Source: Halomicronema hongdechloris C2206 (GTDB lineage Bacteria; Cyanobacteriota; Cyanobacteriia; Phormidesmidales; Phormidesmidaceae). From it: DNA of 32,000 bases. Positions 7,945 through 15,707 of the stretch are shown here, in pieces. Each line of letters starts with the position of its first letter. Position 1 is the stretch's first letter. A model generated the notes under the pieces. That model was given only the letters and a program-made list of their open reading frames with translations. It ran no database searches and was not told the origin of the DNA. The stretch covers positions 4,440,001 through 4,472,000 of the forward strand of contig NZ_CP021983.2 of NCBI RefSeq assembly GCF_002075285.3, in the 5' to 3' direction. A program made the translations under genes and the position numbers.

Positions 7945-8305
7945 AGGTTGAGCATTATCGGCAGACCAGATATGGCCGTGGATCGATTGATGATGCCTCA
8001 GCGATCAGGCCGACGTCATACATGACTACACACATGGCTACTTCTAGCGTAGAAACTGCCGGGGGAATTAGCATCCATCCTGGGCCAGGCATCTTGCCAT
8101 TATCTCCGAACAATTACTGAAGCGTTAACCGTTTCTGTGGTAACGATTCCGTGAATTTAGCGCTGCGCTGATAGGCCAATCCAGCCTGTAATACAGATAT
8201 CAGGTGGCGATGGGTGCTGAGAAGACAACGGGTTATTGCCTCATATCCACTACGAAATCGTGGCAGTGATGGCACCTCGTTCACTCGACTACCAGTCTCG
8301 GCCAG

Positions 8306-8596
8306 ATGATGCTTACCGAGAGGGGCGGACGACCCATGCCAGCCTCAGCCGTCTGGCCCATGCTATCCACACGCATTTGGACTCGTACCGTGATGGGAAC
8401 AATGACCACTGCTGCCCAGGCCAGGATTTATCAACTCGTGCACCAGGCGATCCATCAGGGGCGCTTGAGCCGCTGCGACCATCTCACCCTGGTCTCGGCT
8501 ATGCTAGCAGACGCTACCCTGGACCCCTTAGACCGCAGCCAGATCAACCGCGTATTCGACTATGTCCGCATGGGACGGGTGCGGCTGGTGGATTAA
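8306..8596 (+). CDS. Hypothetical small protein (start uncertain)
   Basis: The C-terminal two thirds (AQARIYQLVHQAIHQGRLSRCDHLTLVSAMLADATLDPLDRSQINRVFDYVRMGRVRLVD) has protein-like composition. The overlapping 8236-8745 frame, by contrast, is Pro/Arg-rich. Convergent with mutS. No family recognised. Confidence 0.4.
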   Translation: MMLTERGGRPMPASAVWPMLSTRIWTRTVMGTMTTAAQARIYQLVHQAIHQGRLSRCDHLTLVSAMLADATLDPLDRSQINRVFDYVRMGRVRLVD

Positions 8597-8608
8597 TCTG
8601 GGCTGCCT

Positions 8609-11344
8609 TCAGGCATCGAAAATGCCCAACTGCTCTACGGGCTCGGCCACAGTATCGTCAGACGGCTTATGAGGAGACGACTTGGGGCGACTGCCCCGGC
8701 GTAGCCCCACGGCAATCTTGCTGTGTTGTTCGATCTGATGCATGACCTGTTTGGCCCGCCGGATCACCGATGGCGGCAACCCAGCTAGGCGGCCGGCTTC
8801 GATGCCGTAGGAGCGGTCGGCGCCACCGGGGCGCACCTGGTGTAGAAAGATGATCTGATCTGGCATTTCCTTCACCGTCACCTGGTAGTTGGCCACGTTG
8901 TCGAGGATGCCGGAGAGTTCGTTGAGCTCGTGGTAATGGGTGGCGAAGATGGTGCAGGCGCGGATGTCGCTGGCCAGGTGCTCGGCGACGGCCCAGGCGA
9001 TGGAGAGGCCATCGAAGGTGGCGGTGCCCCGGCCAATCTCATCCAGGAGCACCAGGGAATGTTCGCTGGCATGGTTGAGGATGTTGGCGGTTTCGTTCAT
9101 CTCCACCATGAAGGTGGATTGACCGGTGGCTAGGTCATCTACGGCCCCGACTCGGGTGAAGATGCGATCGCAAATGCCCAAGCTAGCCGCCTGGGCCGGG
9201 ACAAAACTGCCCACCTGAGCCATCAATTGAATCAACCCCACCTGACGCAGATAGCAACTTTTACCACTGGCGTTGGGGCCAGTGAGAATAATTAAATCCG
9301 GGTCGGGGGATGATCGGGGTTGAGTGCCTGCCAGTGCCTGTCCGCTGCCTGTTGACTGGTCTGCTCCTAATGCCGTGGCGTTGGGCACGAAGAAGCCGGT
9401 CGGGAGCAACTGCTCTACCACTGGATGACGGCCAGCCTCGATGGCGATCTGACGGTGCTGTCCCATGTGGGGGCGGCAATAGCCTTGATAGACGGCGACT
9501 TCGGCCAACCCACAGAGCACATCGACGGCAGCCACAGCCTGAGCCACGCGGCGGATACAGTCGGTGTGTTGGCCTACCTGCTGCCGCAACTGCACGAAGA
9601 TGTCGTACTCCAGGCTGTGAATTTCAGCTTGTAGGTTAAAGACCCGGGCTTCCCGTTCCTTCAGTTCCGGGGTGATGTAGCGTTCTTCGTTGGTCAGGGT
9701 TTGCTTGCGGATATAGTCGGCCGGGGCCTGCTCGGCTTTGGCCCGAGAGATGCTGATGTAGTAGCCAAAGGCCTTGTTAAACCCCACCTTGAGGGTAGCA
9801 ATGCCGCTACGCTGCCGCTCTACGGCTTCTAGGTTGGCGATCCACTGTTGATCTCCGGCCACCTGTTGCCGCAGGCTATCGAGCTTGTCGTTGACGCCAT
9901 CGCGGATCAGGTTGCCCTCATTCAGATAGAGGGGCGGGGTGTCGACCAGATGCGATCGCAACACCTGACCCAACTGTTCCAATTCAGGCGGCACCATTTG
10001 TAGTGCCTTTAGGTAAGCAGATTGAGCCGAGGCTACCAAGGCCGCCAGTTCTGGTAAGCGGGCAAACGAATCCGCCAGGGCCACCAGATCCCTGGCATTG
10101 GCGGTGCCAGAGCCGGCTCGACCGGCTAGCCGCTCCAGATCATAGATTTGCTTCAGGCGCTGCTGCAGGATTTGCCGCAGATTACCATCTTGAACCAGGT
10201 CTTCTAGGGTGTCTTGGCGAGCCTGAATGGCCTCAATATCTAAGAGAGGCTGCAGCAGCCAGCGACGCAGAGCCCGACTGCCCATGGCGGTCACGGTGCG
10301 GTCTAAGGCCCATAGCAGGGAACCATGGAAAGTGCTATCGCGGGCGGTCTGAGTAATTTCCAGGTTGCGGCGGGTTTGGTGATCGATGACAAGATACTCG
10401 CTCAGGGTATAGGTGGCCAGGGACTGCAAGGGCACCTGCATCGATTTCTGGGTGTCTTCCAGGTACTCCAACAGCCCCCCAGCAGCCCGTACGGCCAACG
10501 GTAGGTGTTCACAGCCCAACCCTTCTAAGGAACGGAGGCGAAACCGCTGTAGCAGTCGCTGGCGGGCTTCGCTTTGGGTAAAGGGGGCCTGGGGCCGCAG
10601 GGTATAGCAAAACTGGCGCGGTAGACAATCGGGCAGATGCTCGGAGGGTTCCCCTGGCCGCAGCAACGTGATGATATCAGGGGCATTGGTGGGCACCAGG
10701 GTCTCGGCCGGCTGCAGACGCATTACCTCTTGGGTGAGCTGCTTTAGGGAGCGAGACTGGGTGGTAAAAAACTCCCCCGTGGAGACATCGGCATAGGCCA
10801 GGCCCCAGTGGTCTGCAGCCATCACAACCGCCGCCAGGAAGTTATTGCGACTGGCACTGAGCATGCCCTCTTCCAGCACTGTGCCTGGGGTCATCACCCG
10901 GGTGACTTCCCGCTTCACCAGCCCCTGGGCCAGGGCCGGATCTTCCACCTGGTCACAGATAGCAATGGCAAAACCCTTCTCCACCAGGGCAGTGCAGTAG
11001 CGGTCTAGCGCGTGGTGGGGAATGCCGGCCAAGGGCACCCGGCCAATGGCCTTGCCGGCGTCCTTGCTGGTCAGCACCAGTTCTAGTTCCCGGGCGATGG
11101 TGATGGCATCCTGAAAAAAGGTCTCGAAAAAATCACCGACGCGGTACAGCAGCAGGGCGTGGGGATGTTCCTCCTTGATGGCCACATAGTGCTGCATCAT
11201 CGGCGTCAGATCATCCCAGTTAACGGAACCATGGTCGCTGTAGCGGACGGTATGCTTGGCCAGCCGCTCTGGCAGATCAGCGGCAGACGGGTTGGCGGCA
11301 GGGGAACCGGTCATAGACATCGTCAAGGTATGACGGGCACTCAA
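8609..11344 (-). CDS. mutS: DNA mismatch repair protein MutS
   Basis: 911 aa. N-terminal mismatch-binding motif (TPMMQHY...[12 protein letters not shown]), Walker A GPNASGKS, Walker [12 protein letters not shown], and [10 protein letters not shown]. The start may be the TTG at 11344 or the ATG at 11320. Confidence 0.97.
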   Translation of the reverse strand: MSARHTLTMSMTGSPAANPSAADLPERLAKHTVRYSDHGSVNWDDLTPMMQHYVAIKEEHPHALLLYRVGDFFETFFQDAITIARELELVLTSKDAGKAIGRVPLAGIPHHALDRYCTALVEKGFAIAICDQVEDPALAQGLVKREVTRVMTPGTVLEEGMLSASRNNFLAAVVMAADHWGLAYADVSTGEFFTTQSRSLKQLTQEVMRLQPAETLVPTNAPDIITLLRPGEPSEHLPDCLPRQFCYTLRPQAPFTQSEARQRLLQRFRLRSLEGLGCEHLPLAVRAAGGLLEYLEDTQKSMQVPLQSLATYTLSEYLVIDHQTRRNLEITQTARDSTFHGSLLWALDRTVTAMGSRALRRWLLQPLLDIEAIQARQDTLEDLVQDGNLRQILQQRLKQIYDLERLAGRAGSGTANARDLVALADSFARLPELAALVASAQSAYLKALQMVPPELEQLGQVLRSHLVDTPPLYLNEGNLIRDGVNDKLDSLRQQVAGDQQWIANLEAVERQRSGIATLKVGFNKAFGYYISISRAKAEQAPADYIRKQTLTNEERYITPELKEREARVFNLQAEIHSLEYDIFVQLRQQVGQHTDCIRRVAQAVAAVDVLCGLAEVAVYQGYCRPHMGQHRQIAIEAGRHPVVEQLLPTGFFVPNATALGADQSTGSGQALAGTQPRSSPDPDLIILTGPNASGKSCYLRQVGLIQLMAQVGSFVPAQAASLGICDRIFTRVGAVDDLATGQSTFMVEMNETANILNHASEHSLVLLDEIGRGTATFDGLSIAWAVAEHLASDIRACTIFATHYHELNELSGILDNVANYQVTVKEMPDQIIFLHQVRPGGADRSYGIEAGRLAGLPPSVIRRAKQVMHQIEQHSKIAVGLRRGSRPKSSPHKPSDDTVAEPVEQLGIFDA

Positions 11345-11586
11345 GCTGGTTAACAGTGGCTATATTGTAGGCCCCTGACCAGTCCCCCTGCGGAGTTGGG
11401 CTTGGACCAACCGCCAGTCTCTGGAAGGCAATGACACCAGACCCTATGCCTTTGGGGTGACTAGAGGCCTGAGCAGGCAGCAGCTCGTACCATTAAGCTT
11501 CGTTGCATGCTTTCACGCAGCCTGGAAGGACCATGTTACGTTCGTAACGTTCTCATTGCACATCGTTACATTAGGGAGAGGGTTCT

Positions 11587-11802
11587 GTGGCACTGTCTGA
11601 GAACGCTATCGACGCTGTAAACAACGCTGTCAATACTGAGCGCGAAGACTTCAGCGAGTATGTCGCCCATTTGCAACTGCATATGGCCCTGCAGGCTCGT
11701 AACCTGGTACCGGCACTGCAACATCGGGGCGATCGTCGTGAGACGCTATTGCACCAAACCCAAGCTGATTTCGAAAAACTGATTTCTCGTCAAGGGGTAT
11801 AG
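11587..11802 (+). CDS. Hypothetical small protein (71 aa, GTG start)
   Basis: SD-like GGGAGAGGG lies 5 nt upstream of the GTG. The ORF is followed by an intrinsic terminator. No family recognised. Confidence 0.45.
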   Translation: MALSENAIDAVNNAVNTEREDFSEYVAHLQLHMALQARNLVPALQHRGDRRETLLHQTQADFEKLISRQGV

Positions 11803-11831
11803 CTTTCCGCCTGTAGCGGGACCATAGCCTG

Positions 11832-11865
11832 GCGTCTATCTCGGCAAGGGATAGGCGCTTTATTT
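11832..11865 (+). terminator. Intrinsic terminator after the 11587-11802 ORF
   Basis: GCGUCUAUC-(9-nt loop)-GAUAGGCGC gives a 9-bp stem with one G:U pair, followed by UUUAUUU. Confidence 0.55.
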
Positions 11866-11869
11866 ATGA

Positions 11870-12571
11870 CTAATAGCGGCGGGAAGGCCCCTTGGTATCC
11901 ATCAGGCCCAACAGGGGACCCAGAATGATACCGAAGACAAAGCCGCCGGCATGGGCCCAGTAGGCGACGCCACCAGCGCCGACATCGGCGTTTGCTCCTA
12001 AACTAGCCAATCCATAAAGGGCCTGCTGCACGAACCAGAACCCCAGGAAAAATAAGGCTGGCACCCGCACGGTAGTAATAAAGAAAAAGAGAGGCAGCAG
12101 GGTGAGGATGTAGGCCCGGGGAAACCGCAGGATGTAGGCTCCCATGACGCCAGCAATGGCACCACTGGCTCCCAGGGTTGGCACTGCAGAGAGGGGGGCG
12201 AATATCCACTGGGCCAGGGCAGCCAACACCCCACACCCCAGATAAAAAATCACGAAGCGTCCTTTGCCCAGCTGCTCTTCAATGTTGTTGCCAAACACCC
12301 AGAGATAGAGCATGTTGCCGCCGATGTGCAGAATGCCACCATGTAGAAACTGAGACGTAATTAGGGTGAACCATTCCTGCGGGGACGCTTGACCGGCAAA
12401 GCTGGCAGTTAGTTGCTCAGGCACGATGGCCCAGGTATCAAAGAACTGCTGCAGCTGGGCTGAAGAGGGCAGACTGAGCTCGTAGAGGAAGATGAGGACA
12501 TTGATGAGAATCAGGGTATAGGTGACATGGGGCGTCGTTTGGGTGGGATTCTCATCACGTAGGGGAACCAC
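11870..12571 (-). CDS. Rhomboid-family intramembrane serine protease
   Basis: 233 aa and polytopic. Contains HGGILHIGGNM, the catalytic GASGAIAGVMGAY (GxSG), and a downstream AHAGGFVFG histidine motif. GTG start. Confidence 0.85.
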   Translation of the reverse strand: MVPLRDENPTQTTPHVTYTLILINVLIFLYELSLPSSAQLQQFFDTWAIVPEQLTASFAGQASPQEWFTLITSQFLHGGILHIGGNMLYLWVFGNNIEEQLGKGRFVIFYLGCGVLAALAQWIFAPLSAVPTLGASGAIAGVMGAYILRFPRAYILTLLPLFFFITTVRVPALFFLGFWFVQQALYGLASLGANADVGAGGVAYWAHAGGFVFGIILGPLLGLMDTKGPSRRY

Positions 12572-12621
12572 AGGCCTGGTTAGAGCGACGACTCCTATAT
12601 TCTACGGGGGTTTACAGCAGT

Positions 12622-13530
12622 CTACCCAGCGGTAGGTAAAAGGGTAAGCTGGCCCTGGTCACCATTGAGCTCTGCTGGCACACCCACTGGCAGGGCGGCG
12701 TTGACGCCATCATGGCCGAAGGGTAGATCGGAGACGACGGGAATGCCGAGATCGCCGATGCGATCGCACAGTACCTCAGCCACACTGAAGCTGGGTGTAT
12801 GCTCGGCGGGAAGACAGCGGCTAAAGCGCCCTAGGGCAATGCCACCAACTCGCTGGAGTTTGCCACTAGCCCGCCAATGGGTCAGCAGGCGGTCAATGCG
12901 ATAGGGAGCCTCAGTGACATCTTCTAAAGCCAGAATCACTCCGTCCAAATCAGGCTCATCGGCGGTACCTAACAGATGAGTAGCCACCGTCAAGTTGGCC
13001 GGAAGCAGTCGTCCCCGTGTTTTCCCTTGGTGCCAGCCCCGACCCTGTAAGGGGGCCACAGAACGGCCCTCGATCCAGTCAAATAGGCGCTGGCGCGACC
13101 ACTGCGGTTCCTGGGCCAGAGTAGTCAAGAGAGGTCCATGGACCCCGGCGATCCCCAGCTTGGCTAGACTCCACAACAGGCTGGTGATATCCGAAAAGCC
13201 AATCAGCCATTTGGGCTCGGTCGAAGGCCAACGCCACGCCTCCAGCAGGCGGGTGCCGCCAAAGCCGCCGCGGGCACAGAGGATGCCTCGACAATCCGGA
13301 TCCAGCCAGGCCTGCTGCAGTTGCTGGCGGCGAGCGGCATCATGGCCCGCCAGATACCCCCATTGGTGATCATAGCCAGGGCTCAGCTCTATGCGATAGC
13401 CCCGCCGCCGCCAGATATCTACCCCGGCCTGAAAAGCCTCCAACTCCCGTAAGGCACCACTGGGGGCAATTACCCGTAGACAATCCCCAGGTTGCAACGG
13501 CGGCGGTAACTGACAATCAGAACGGCGCAT
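12622..13530 (-). CDS. LD-carboxypeptidase (peptidase S66, LdcA-like)
   Basis: 302 aa. GFSDITSL provides the nucleophile Ser. Also has ARGGFGGTRLL and a C-terminal PFGHD His motif. Overall S66 architecture. Confidence 0.8.
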   Translation of the reverse strand: MRRSDCQLPPPLQPGDCLRVIAPSGALRELEAFQAGVDIWRRRGYRIELSPGYDHQWGYLAGHDAARRQQLQQAWLDPDCRGILCARGGFGGTRLLEAWRWPSTEPKWLIGFSDITSLLWSLAKLGIAGVHGPLLTTLAQEPQWSRQRLFDWIEGRSVAPLQGRGWHQGKTRGRLLPANLTVATHLLGTADEPDLDGVILALEDVTEAPYRIDRLLTHWRASGKLQRVGGIALGRFSRCLPAEHTPSFSVAEVLCDRIGDLGIPVVSDLPFGHDGVNAALPVGVPAELNGDQGQLTLLPTAG

Positions 13531-13933
13531 TGACAGGGCTACTCCTTAATCGGCCGTTCATTACTATACACACCGACCATTGAGACGGTTTTGGGACGCC
13601 TAGCGACGCTGCTCTCAGTAGTCTTAACTCAACAAGCCGGCGAGCTGCTAACCAGCAGTCATTCCAAGAAAGCAAGCATATTAGCCTGTTTCGCCAAGTT
13701 AGAGACGGGACTAGCCCTGGCTAGTCAGCCATTGGGCTACGGCAAACGCTCTGAAAGAGCACCCTAAGACCTAATTTGCAAAGGAATTCTTCAAAAGCTT
13801 GCAAGGCTAATAACAACCTTGAGGGAGCGTTTGCGGTGGTCCTAGAAGATTTGCCCTAACTGCTGTGTAGGCGTTTCGCAAATCACCCAAAGTAGCTCTT
13901 GATTCTCCATAAAAGTCTGGGCAGACTGGAGAG

Positions 13934-15040
13934 GTGCAACGGCTGTTCATCTGCTTAGAGGGGAGTCTCCTCGGCGACATCGTGTTACTCAAGACCTTCG
14001 ACATTGCTCCAGGGCAAGTTCAGACCTTCCTATGGGACGGAGGAGCGGAAGCATGGTCGCAGGTAATACTGGCTGAGGAAATTTGCTCAGCAAATCTACG
14101 GCTGGTGTTTCACAGCTGGCCCCAATTGTCCGAGCACGAGGGGATTATTCAGAGTGTGCTCCAGACCTTGGCAGAGGTTGTCTATAGACTCTGGCCCAGC
14201 TGGTATTGCCAGGACAACTTATTTGCCGATGATGCTACCACAGAAGCCGCCGTCCTCAACAGCTATCGCTGTCTAGACTGGCAGAGGCGTGAGGCTGGAG
14301 TATCGTTGCCATGGCTGAAAGCAGCCGTTCGAGCCCGACAGCAGGGCAAGGTGCCGCTTCTAGATCCATTTCCCCACTCTCTGCAGCTGGCTCAACTGGC
14401 CCTTGCCATTGACCCAGCCGGTATTGTTCTAGTCTTAGCCTTAGCGGAGCCCCGGCCTGCCGACCATCGTTTGTTGGCCTTAGCTAGGGCCGTCAATTGG
14501 ATAGCCATCCATTCACAGGCTCGTGTGGCCCTGTGGCTGCCTCAATCTCTAGCACAAGCGGCGGCGTTGGATTCGATCTTGTATGGCGCTAAGGTTCTGC
14601 CTTGCCCATTGACGGCGGCGGTTGCTACCGCTGAAGACGAAGCTAAACATGTGGTATTTCCCATCCACGGTAGACCGCATCCGTTTAGTCCAGGGGAGGA
14701 GAAATTGGCTCAATGGCTGGCTCGAGATAGGGAGTTAGGGCAGCTATTTAGCTTCAACCAGATGGTGAGGACGAAGAGGGGCCAGACCTATCTGGTAGAT
14801 TTGCTGTGGCTAGAGGGTCGGGTGATTGTTGAAGTGGATGGTTACCGCCACCACGGTAACCGGTTTGGGTTTAATCAGGATCGCCATCGTGACTATGACC
14901 TCCTGATCAGCGACTATGTGGTGCTGCGGCTGCCCCATGATGAGGTGCTCAACGATGTCGAAGTTGCGGTAGAAAAGATCCGCGACGTGGTGCGATTTCG
15001 TCGCCGACAGCTTTGTCATACCCGCGAGGTGTCTCTGTGA
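13934..15040 (+). CDS. Cassette gene A: unknown ~245-aa N-terminal domain fused to a C-terminal DUF559 / Vsr-like (restriction-endonuclease-fold) domain
   Basis: The C-terminal ~105 aa (nt ~14672-14989) read ...YLVDLLWLEGRVIVEVDGYRHHGNRFGFNQDRHRDYDLLISDYVVLRLPHDEVLNDVEVAVEKIRDV. This matches the D...E-V-D-G..H....D..RD....G..VLR pattern of DUF559. The start is uncertain: GGAG lies only 2 nt before the GTG at 13934. Its stop overlaps the start of the next gene. Confidence 0.75.
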   Translation: MQRLFICLEGSLLGDIVLLKTFDIAPGQVQTFLWDGGAEAWSQVILAEEICSANLRLVFHSWPQLSEHEGIIQSVLQTLAEVVYRLWPSWYCQDNLFADDATTEAAVLNSYRCLDWQRREAGVSLPWLKAAVRARQQGKVPLLDPFPHSLQLAQLALAIDPAGIVLVLALAEPRPADHRLLALARAVNWIAIHSQARVALWLPQSLAQAAALDSILYGAKVLPCPLTAAVATAEDEAKHVVFPIHGRPHPFSPGEEKLAQWLARDRELGQLFSFNQMVRTKRGQTYLVDLLWLEGRVIVEVDGYRHHGNRFGFNQDRHRDYDLLISDYVVLRLPHDEVLNDVEVAVEKIRDVVRFRRRQLCHTREVSL

Positions 15041-15696
15041 CTATTGAATTAACGCCCAAGCTGGATTTGGTGATTTGGAGTCTCCTAATCACAGGCGATG
15101 AACCGATGATGTCAAAGGTGAAGCCAGGCATAACGCCAACTGAGCGAAAAAAGCTGATTGATGCAGGTTTGATTCGATTGGAGAAACGAGGTCGAGCTTC
15201 TCATATTGTGCTAGAAGATAAAGCCTGGGATTGGCTGGCCACACGGTTGCAATCTCCAGACTTCACAGTCGAGTTCCCGAGTCGAGCTACGACTGCTATT
15301 CCCACATTTCAAGTCTTGCTAGGAAAAGTAGGGGAATTTTTGCGATCGCACAATATTTCCCTGGCTGAATTTCTCAACCCACCTCCTGAGTCCCACAAAC
15401 TGAATAATGATGATTTAGAGAAAGTTGCCGAAGTCGACTTAACAAAACATATACATGCTGCTTATACCAAGATTACAGGTGGTCAATACAGCGTTAGAGT
15501 GCGACTATCTGACCTACGACATAATCTATCTAATTTTTCTCGAGCTGAAGTTGACAGTGCATTGAGAAATATGGAGTTAGCTGGACATGTAGTCTTAATG
15601 CATTTAGACGATCCAGATGAAATCAAGCCAGAAGATGAGGCGGCAGCTGTCGATATTGATGGCCATAAAAGTCACATTTTATACTTAAAGGCTTAG
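15037..15696 (+). CDS. Cassette gene B: ~219-aa protein with two predicted winged-helix-like segments
   Basis: The GTG at 15037 overlaps the gene A stop as GTGA, with GAGG 7 nt upstream. The ORF is also open from the TTG at 15013. N-terminal part: LVIWSLLITGDEP..ITPTERKKLIDAGLIRLEKRGRASHIVLEDKAW. C-terminal part: VRLSDLRHNLSNFSRAEVDSALRNMELAGHVVLMHLDD. Both resemble wHTH recognition-helix plus wing segments, which is an inference. AT-rich. Confidence 0.7.
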   Translation: MTIELTPKLDLVIWSLLITGDEPMMSKVKPGITPTERKKLIDAGLIRLEKRGRASHIVLEDKAWDWLATRLQSPDFTVEFPSRATTAIPTFQVLLGKVGEFLRSHNISLAEFLNPPPESHKLNNDDLEKVAEVDLTKHIHAAYTKITGGQYSVRVRLSDLRHNLSNFSRAEVDSALRNMELAGHVVLMHLDDPDEIKPEDEAAAVDIDGHKSHILYLKA

Positions 15697-15707
15697 GATA
15701 TAGAACG

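Noticed and set aside
8236-8745. 169-aa plus-strand ORF overlapping 8306-8596 and the mutS 3' end
   Set aside because: Its composition is Pro/Arg/Gly-rich, typical of an off-frame reading of GC-rich DNA, and it runs into the mutS coding region. The alternative 8306-8596 frame looks more protein-like.
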